This document shows, one piece after another, positions 35,150 to 41,695 of a stretch of DNA of 41,695 nucleotides. A model generated the notes under the pieces. The model ran no database searches. It saw only the letters and a program-made list of their open reading frames with translations, and was not told where the DNA came from. The stretch is from Octopus bimaculoides (taxonomy: Eukaryota): assembly GCF_001194135.2 (NCBI RefSeq), contig NC_068985.1, positions 45,181,614 to 45,223,308 of the forward strand. The letters are read 5' to 3'. The first letter of the stretch is position 1. Every line of letters begins with the position of its first letter. Position numbers and translations under genes: made by a program.

Positions 35150-35260
35150 AAGACATAACTGGATGATTAGTAAGACCCCCTTCACAGTCGTGTGGTCTCC
35201 AGTTCGATTTCACTCCGTGGCATTTTGGACAAGTGTATTTACCGGGTTAATGCAAGCCTT
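35150..35260 (+). mobile_element. Diverged CORE-SINE head fragment
   Basis: cagttcgatttcactccgtggcattttggacaagtgt resembles the family B B-box plus CORE. Confidence 0.55.
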
Positions 35261-35300
35261 ATACATGGGACAAAGTAAACAGAGTGTGTGGTAGCCCAAA

Positions 35301-35505
35301 CACTGTGACACGCACTGTGACATGCACTGTGACTCGCACTGTGACATACACCGTGACACGCACTGTGACACGCAACGTGCCACAAACTTGTCACGTATTC
35401 TAACACACTTTGTCATGTACTGTAGCACTGGCACACATACTGTCATACGTAGTATCACATACCATGTCACATACTGCGTCACACTCTCACACACTATGCC
35501 ACACT
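35301..35505. repeat. 12-bp minisatellite CACTGTGACACG
   Basis: Six clear units at 35301-35372, decaying to about 35505. Confidence 0.9.
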
Positions 35506-35539
35506 GATCTTGCCTGAGAATTACCTTAAGAGTATACGT

Positions 35540-35810
35540 CTCTGAATACGTTGCTCAGTGACTAGGTTGTTGCACTTACGATCGTGGGTTCGATTTCTCG
35601 ACAATGCAGTGTATTGTGTTCTTAAGCAAAACACTTCATCTCCAGTTGCTCTGCGATCTCTTTGACACCTGAAATGTGACACACCGTGCATCTCTACAGA
35701 CAATATCGATTTGATGGAGGAAGTGATCAAATGTTCACCACAAATATTTGATCACTTTAAACAAACCATCTGTGTAGGTTGTTCAGCAAGAAGTCGCAGA
35801 GACCTCTTTC
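35540..35810 (+). mobile_element. tRNA-headed SINE family C
   Basis: A-box-like gctcagtgactagg, B-box gggttcgatttc, CORE-like tgtgttcttaagcaaaacactt. Confidence 0.65.
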
Positions 35811-35929
35811 TCGGATCTGGAGACTTACATTAACACGTGGGCTTGGCGCTGTCATTCTCAGTTATAGACAGTCTACTTGATAGAAAAAAAAATGAAATAC
35901 TCACCCTCGAAAGCAACTGAGTACCCAAG

Positions 35930-36128
35930 GATTGGTGCATTTGTTAGTCTGACAAAATGACTTTCGGTGATTCTGCCAGTTCTTAACTTTCAGAGACAAA
36001 ATCTCGCCGAGATCAACATCAGCTTGCATTCCTTTCGGGGCTGAATAAATAAAAGTACTCGTCAAATACTGGAGTCGATAACATGGACTAAATCCCTGAC
36101 TTCAAAATTGCTGGCCTTGTCGAAACTA
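35930..36128 (+). mobile_element. Diverged SINE family A
   Basis: attcctttcggggctgaataaat, tactggagtcgat, aaattgctggccttgt. Confidence 0.6.
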
Positions 36129-36147
36129 TTATTATTATTATTGTTAA

Positions 36148-36360
36148 AACTAGCTAGCACCGTGCCGTCCAAAAATGACGTACAAAACCAAGTTTTTAGT
36201 TTAATAATTCTTTTATTACTAATTTTTTTGTGAAAAATCTCTCCGCAACTAACATCCCTTGACTGCTTGTTTCCTTCAAAATAATTTTTAAGTTTTCCTT
36301 CCTTCTTGTACGACTTAAGGCCACATAAAGCTGGCCGTGACTAAATACGGGGGCTGGCAA
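36148..36360 (+). mobile_element. Possible non-autonomous Helitron-like element start
   Basis: aACTAGC start followed by a small hairpin cgtc-caaaaat-gacg. The end is not defined. Confidence 0.3.
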
Positions 36361-36676
36361 GTAAATACCAAATACACAGAGTTGAAACGCTGTTTGATCT
36401 TTCTTTTCAGCGTTGAATGTTCAGTATCCTACTTCCATTGCACACACACACATACACACACACACATTCACATACTTCCTTTTTACATACACACACATAT
36501 ACTCACATAGAAGTGAAGCACTGTTTGATTTTTTTTCACCGTAGAATTTCCATCATCCCACTACCAAGTTTGCCATCACCCCTTTCTTCCTTATTCATTT
36601 ATCACCTCTTCCTTTCTCATTCATATGTTGTGACCGAGATAAACACAAGAGTATTACTATAGGAGATTATTATGAT

Positions 36677-36876
36677 TAGCAAAAGCGTCAGAATCGTAAA
36701 ATGCTTAGCAACATTTCGTCCGTCGTTATGTTCTTAATTCAAATTCCGACAAGATCAACTTTGCCTTTCATCCCCTTCGGGGTCGATGAAATAAGTACTA
36801 GTAGAGCATTGAGGTCGATGTAATCGACTTACACCTTCTCCAGAAATTGTTAGCCTTGTGCCAAAATTTGAAACCA
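36677..36876 (+). mobile_element. SINE family A
   Basis: aaatgcttagcaacatttcgtcc, ctttcatccccttcggggtcgatg, tail ccttgtgccaaaatttgaaacc. Confidence 0.87.
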
Positions 36877-36894
36877 ATATTATCACCATTATTA

Positions 36895-37100
36895 TGGCGA
36901 GCTGGCAGAATCACTAGCCCGCCCGACAAAATGCTTAGCGACATTTCGTCTGTCTTTTCATTCTCAGTTCAAATACCGACGAAGTCAACTTTGCTGTTCA
37001 TCCTTTTGGGGTCAGTAAAATAAGTACCAGATGTATCTTAGGTCGATGTAATCGACTTACCCCTTCCCCGAAAATACTGACCTTGTGCCAAAGTTTGAAA
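36895..37100 (+). mobile_element. SINE family A (tandem with the previous copy)
   Basis: tggcgagctggcagaatc, gttcaaatacc, tail ccttgtgccaaagtttgaaa. Confidence 0.88.
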
Positions 37101-37978
37101 TAATTTATTATTGTTGTTGTTAATCTTGTTATTAGTTTATGGAGAGTGACGCAAGTCTTAATAAGCAATAAGAAGAGCGCAAACGATTTGTAATAAATAG
37201 AGATTTGACTCATTTCATTGAATTGAACTATATTTCAACAGTATGTTTAGTCTTGTTCGGTTTCGAAATGTAAAATGAAAAAATGCAGTAATACAGAAAT
37301 TCAAAATTGGAACGGGAATATCCTGTTTCTTCTTATGCAAAACGACGTCATCAGGTTTTTCGTTTTTACGCAACTGGGTACGAAGAAAAATAAAAATTTA
37401 AAAAAAGAGAAAAAATGTAAGAAAGAAATATACAAGAAATAGAAAACTCGGTCAAGAATGTGATGAAATTCTGTCACTTTGTTCTTTCTCCCAAAGCGTG
37501 ACGTAATTCATAAATATATTTATCCTCATGTGTTTTGATACTGAAAGTGCAATAGAGTAAGAATGTGCACTTTCAAATGTTCCCCAAAATTACATCTGTT
37601 TTGATGTAATATGTCCGACAAGTTCCGTTGAACGACTGCTATTGTGCCTGACGTCATACCTATCACCACTGAATGTTTTATGCAGTTGTTGTGTTGTGCA
37701 ACCAACATAAATCAAGTTGTGTTTGGTGCATTTCGCTGCAAACACCAAATGGGAATCATTACAAATTGCACTTTCTGTATAGATAATAAAATATCTGTTA
37801 TAACATGTTATGAAATTGACTCATGTTGCCGCACAATGAACAGGACGCGAAATTTTTTCCCACGAGAGTTCCGGACCCCAGTAATGAACTCATTTGCATT
37901 CAACCAATCGGAGTAGAGCCACCTTTATCCTTTCTTCGTTTCTAGTCAACACCGTGTATTCCTTACTCTTTCCCTCTC

Positions 37979-38430
37979 TACTAGCAGACAGCAACTGCTC
38001 CGTCTAGCACATGTCAATATTTGTAAACAACACGTGTTATATCTCCGGTAATTTTTTTTCATGTAAATGAATCTTATTTAGCTGTTATTTTTAGCATGAA
38101 AGTTCTCCAATAATTGTCTTGCATGTAAATAAATGTTTATGTTAATTTAAAAAGAGAAAAACACGAATGTGTCCGTGGCTTATGATTGACTAAAATTACC
38201 AAAATTTTCAAACTTTAATTACTAATAACTCTTTATTTATTGATTTATAGGGAAAATTACTTTCACTTCATTAATTAGCCCATAAAAGAGTATCATTACA
38301 CTAAATATGAAATCAATTTGAACAGAAAATTAACACTGGCAACCAAACAGAAAAGATTAAAAAAAAAAAAAATAGTCACGAAAATGTGAGTACTAAAGCG
38401 TTTCTTCGAGTACTATTATATTATTAGCAG
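37979..38430 (+). mobile_element. Possible non-autonomous Helitron-like element
   Basis: Starts ACTAGCAG, AT-rich body, ends near tattatattattag. Assignment tentative. Confidence 0.3.
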
Positions 38431-38454
38431 TAAATTACAGACCTATATATTATA

Positions 38455-38774
38455 ACTAGCTGGACCCGTGAAAAATTCACGGAAAATATAAAAAATGTAA
38501 GGATCTGTAAATTGTGTACTGGTAATCGGAGGTCGTCATTTTGAATGCCAACATTTGTTAACTTGAGAAGGTGGAGGTGAGCTATGATCGGCTGTATGCG
38601 AATGAGTACTTTACTGAGTTCCGGAACTCTCGTGGGAACAAAAATTTCGCGAACAGGACTTACCTCTCTTGCGGCTGTTTTTCCGGCTTGGGCTTTCAGA
38701 AACTTCAATGGAGATAGACGAATAAAGTGAATCCAGTACTTTTTAATCTGCTGCTTATTCTGTATTTCTTAAGC
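38455..38774 (+). mobile_element. Non-autonomous Helitron-like element 5' part; a related copy lies inverted at about 37840-37935
   Basis: ACTAGCTGGACC start with perfect hairpin CCGTGAA-AAA-TTCACGG (38466-38482). 38611-38651 matches the reverse complement of 37846-37884 with 2 substitutions and 1 indel. Confidence 0.5.
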
Positions 38775-38882
38775 NNNNNNNNNNNNNNNNNNNNNNNNNN
38801 NNNNNNNNNNNNNNNNNNNNNNNNNNNNNNNNNNNNNNNNNNNNNNNNNNNNNNNNNNNNNNNNNNNNNNNNNNNNNNNNNN
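38775..38882. other. Assembly gap (N run)
   Basis: N run. Confidence 0.99.
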
Positions 38883-38930
38883 CACACACACACACACACT
38901 CACACACGCACACACACTCATATATATATA

Positions 38931-39154
38931 AAGGCGGCGAGCTGGCAGACACGTTAGCACGCCGGGCGAAATGCTTAGCGGTATTTCGTCTGTCGTTACG
39001 TTGCGAGTTCAAATTCCGCCAAGATCGACTTTGCCTTTCGTCCTTTCGGGGTCGATAAATTAAGTACCAGTTACGCACTGGGGTCGATGTAATCGACTTA
39101 ATCCCTTGTTTGTTCACACTATGTTTAGCCCCTTGTGGGCAACGAGAAAAAAAA
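38931..39154 (+). mobile_element. Young-looking SINE family A with alternative 3' tail
   Basis: aaggcggcgagctggcagacacgttagc, gagttcaaattccgcc, then tail gtttagccccttgtgggcaacgagaaa, unlike the other copies. Confidence 0.92.
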
Positions 39155-39249
39155 TATATATACATATATATATACATACATGCATGCATGCATGCATCCA
39201 TCCATATATACATACATACATACATACATACACACATACATACATACAT

Positions 39250-39505
39250 ACAATCAAAAGTCCTGGAAAAGAGAAAGTTTATGGCGAATTAATGGAGACC
39301 TTACAGCTTTTGTACCCTGACTGTTAATTCTCATTTGTACCTATCATCATAGGTACATTAGGTTATGTACCAATGAATTTGCACAAAAACTTAGAAATAC
39401 TTGGTTTCACAGAGAAAGAGCGAAAGAATATGATGCAGATTCTCGAAAATCCAATCTATTAGTGGCACCGAAGACATTCCCAAAGATTCTCCATCTGAGA
39501 TTCTT
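39250..39505 (+). mobile_element. RLE-type LINE C-terminal remnant (further lineage)
   Basis: KEKVYGELMETLQLLYPDC*FSFVPIIIGTLGYVPMNLHKNLEILGF; the PIIIGxLG motif is typical of RLE C-termini. Confidence 0.7.
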
Positions 39506-39814
39506 ATGTGAATAGATGCACACACTTGCGTGTATGCATCGACAATTCAAGCAACACACCAACTCAACCACATATTTACAAACATTGGGAACTATCGTAA
39601 CTCAGAAAGTCGTTTTGCTTTGTTAGCAACCGGCTTGAACTCTTCTCAGAAATTAAATCATACTGGAAGAAAATTTACGCCCCCCCCCCCCACCATACAC
39701 AAACACACGCACATATGTATACACACACACACACACAAACACACGCACATATGTATACACACACACACATATATACATATATATACACACGCGCACACTC
39801 ACACAGGCACACAC

Positions 39815-39970
39815 ACCAGACGGACTTCCACACAGTTGCCGTCTACCATATACATTCACAAAGCAATGATCAGCCTGGGGCTATAATAGAACATATTTAC
39901 CTTAGGTGCTGCGCAATGGGATTGAACCCGAAACCTAATGGTTGTAAAGTGAGCTTCTTAACTGCGCCTA
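39815..39970 (-). mobile_element. SINE family B, 5' half
   Basis: cagttgccgtctacc, ggggctataatagaac, ggattgaacccgaaacc, actgcgcct. Confidence 0.75.
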
Positions 39971-40301
39971 TTTGTTGAAAGAAGGCGCCTAAGATTATCT
40001 TTTGTTAAAGTATTTCACCAAGTGAACATTATTCTGATAAAAAACTCAATAAGAAACTTGATGTGGAGACTAGTCTTCCTTGACTATTTGGAGGATTTCC
40101 AACGACAGCTGAAGTGCAAGACTCTCTCGTACTTCCGAATTTAGTACATGTCATAGCATCGTATATCTTGGCTCGATTCGCCTCTGGAGAGATTCTATGA
40201 ACTGTTGGTGTAAGATAAATTGGCCGTAAAATGCTACATGGACAATGGTGACTTTCTTTTAGTCAGTGATATATCTTACTCAGACACGAGTGAACAGCGA
40301 T

Positions 40302-40345
40302 CATCATCATCATCATCGTCGTCGTCGTCGTCGTCATCATCATCA
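40302..40345. repeat. (ATC)n(GTC)n(ATC)n microsatellite
   Basis: Visible repeat. Confidence 0.93.
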
Positions 40346-40519
40346 ACTTTATCTACTGTACCTAGTTCGTCGTAATCATAACGAGCTCTAGGACTAGCAC
40401 CAACACAAGCGCCACCACCAGTACCACAACCAGTACCACAACCAGCAACTCCAACATCACGTCTGCAGTTTTCTCTGTGTCACAGACGACAAATTCTCGT
40501 CCGAGTATGTGGCTAGATG

Positions 40520-41340
40520 CAAGTAAGCACATTTGAAAAGGCCTGAAAAAGGCCGAAGTTCATATAGCGTTCTCGTTGGTAGGTGCTGAAAGGGATTTTC
40601 ATCTGTCTTTCATTTTAGTATTTTTAACACAGCATGATCGTAAAAGGTGTTATCTCAGGACAAATAGTGCAGTAACTGGCCTATGGACTGTGTACATACA
40701 TACATACATACATACATACATACATACATACATACATACATACATACATGATGTTGCAAACTCATGTTCGAGTTTTGTCATCGCCTGATCGAAAGTCCCA
40801 CACAGGGGAAGGCTATGACAGCCATTTTTGTGATAGGTCTTACTTTTTTCGAGCGATACCTGTGCATGAGGATTTTTTTATTGTAAGGACAGGATTTGCA
40901 CAAATCCAATCCCACGCTCTGAACCCGGACAACATAAACTCGAAAAGAAGAACAAGGAGACATCATCGAATATTCTCAGTGTCGCAGGTTTTCTCTGAGT
41001 TTCACTTTTCTAAAGAGATGTTGTGATAGCTACAATGGGGTCTACCATTTCTACTGGGCCAACCACGCGCCTGGACACCAATGCAGATATTTCCACGACC
41101 CCGCGCATAGGTACATGCATACATACACATGTACACATATTGTTGGATAGCAGTTGACTCCTTATGAGTTCTTCCGCCCATTAAAAGGTCTTAATTTTCA
41201 TCCTGCAGGGTCTCCAACAATCACATTCCTCACCAGGCAAGCTTGATGGAGTTGCCACTTTAGTCGCCAATGACCTGACCATGCAACAGGTTGTACTGGG
41301 ATACATGTTGCTAGTACCTCCGAGGGACCTGACATACATA
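40520..41340 (-). mobile_element. Decayed LINE 5' region with AP-endonuclease remnant (RTE-like), interrupted by (TACA)n at 40692-40749
   Basis: Minus-strand pieces resembling GxWN, IVAITTSL*KSETQRK, ERGIGFV and PTNENA, with a structured UTR-like segment at 41170-41340. Heavily frameshifted. Confidence 0.5.
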
Positions 41341-41485
41341 TATATTTGCATGCTTACATACACACACACACACACGCACATACGTGCATATGTGTGTGTG
41401 TGTATGTATGTGTGTGTAACGACCAGATGCATAAATATACACATACGACGCGTACAGGCCAAAACTCACGCATGCGCGCTATCAC

Positions 41486-41526
<41 letters not shown>

Positions 41527-41639
41527 GCGCACAATCCTCTGCTATTCGTTGTCTACAAGAAAATCATTTACTTGCTGGTATACAATAATTCTGCATATAA
41601 AAAAGACCATAATACATGTAATACGATTGTGAGTGTGTG

Positions 41640-41646
41640 TATATGT

Positions 41647-41695
<49 letters not shown>
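41640..41695. repeat. (TA)n microsatellite
   Basis: Visible repeat at the window end. Confidence 0.95.

Noticed and set aside
35301-35384. CRISPR-like regular repeat
   Set aside because: The units are contiguous with no unique spacers, the context is eukaryotic and there are no cas genes.
37526-37800. Possible PIF1/Helitron helicase remnant
   Set aside because: Only vague similarity; the diagnostic motifs (CNGTR, FPxxxAFAxTxNKSQG) are absent.

Overview
Repeat-dominated eukaryotic genomic DNA: AT-rich, dense in microsatellites, with eight N gaps. The SINE and microsatellite content suggests a cephalopod, most likely an Octopus draft scaffold (inference from recall, not a search). No complete host gene is visible. 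Almost every ORF in the supplied track is a microsatellite or N-gap artefact or a decayed transposon frame. The window holds about 15 copies of a tRNA-headed SINE (family A), several CORE-type SINEs (families B and C), and decayed LINE fragments: CR1/L2-like, L1/Tx1-like, RTE-like, a HERO-like element and other restriction-like-endonuclease (RLE) elements. It also holds a mariner DD34D remnant, a Tigger-like MITE, a long-TIR Tc1/mariner derivative and Helitron-like non-autonomous elements. The most notable signal is a set of at least four unrelated minimal type I hammerhead-ribozyme folds (74-124 +, 3418-3455 +, a head-to-head pair inside a 68-bp-arm inverted repeat at 3621-3759, and 13647-13704 -). 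All have palindromic or near-palindromic stem III, as in dimer-cleaving Penelope/retrozyme hammerheads, and several have non-canonical cores. Other highlights are a three-level nested insertion (75-bp TG..CA element inside a SINE inside an RLE LINE) and a structurally covarying 3' tail shared by a LINE and a SINE. All folds and alignments were done by eye and need computational confirmation.
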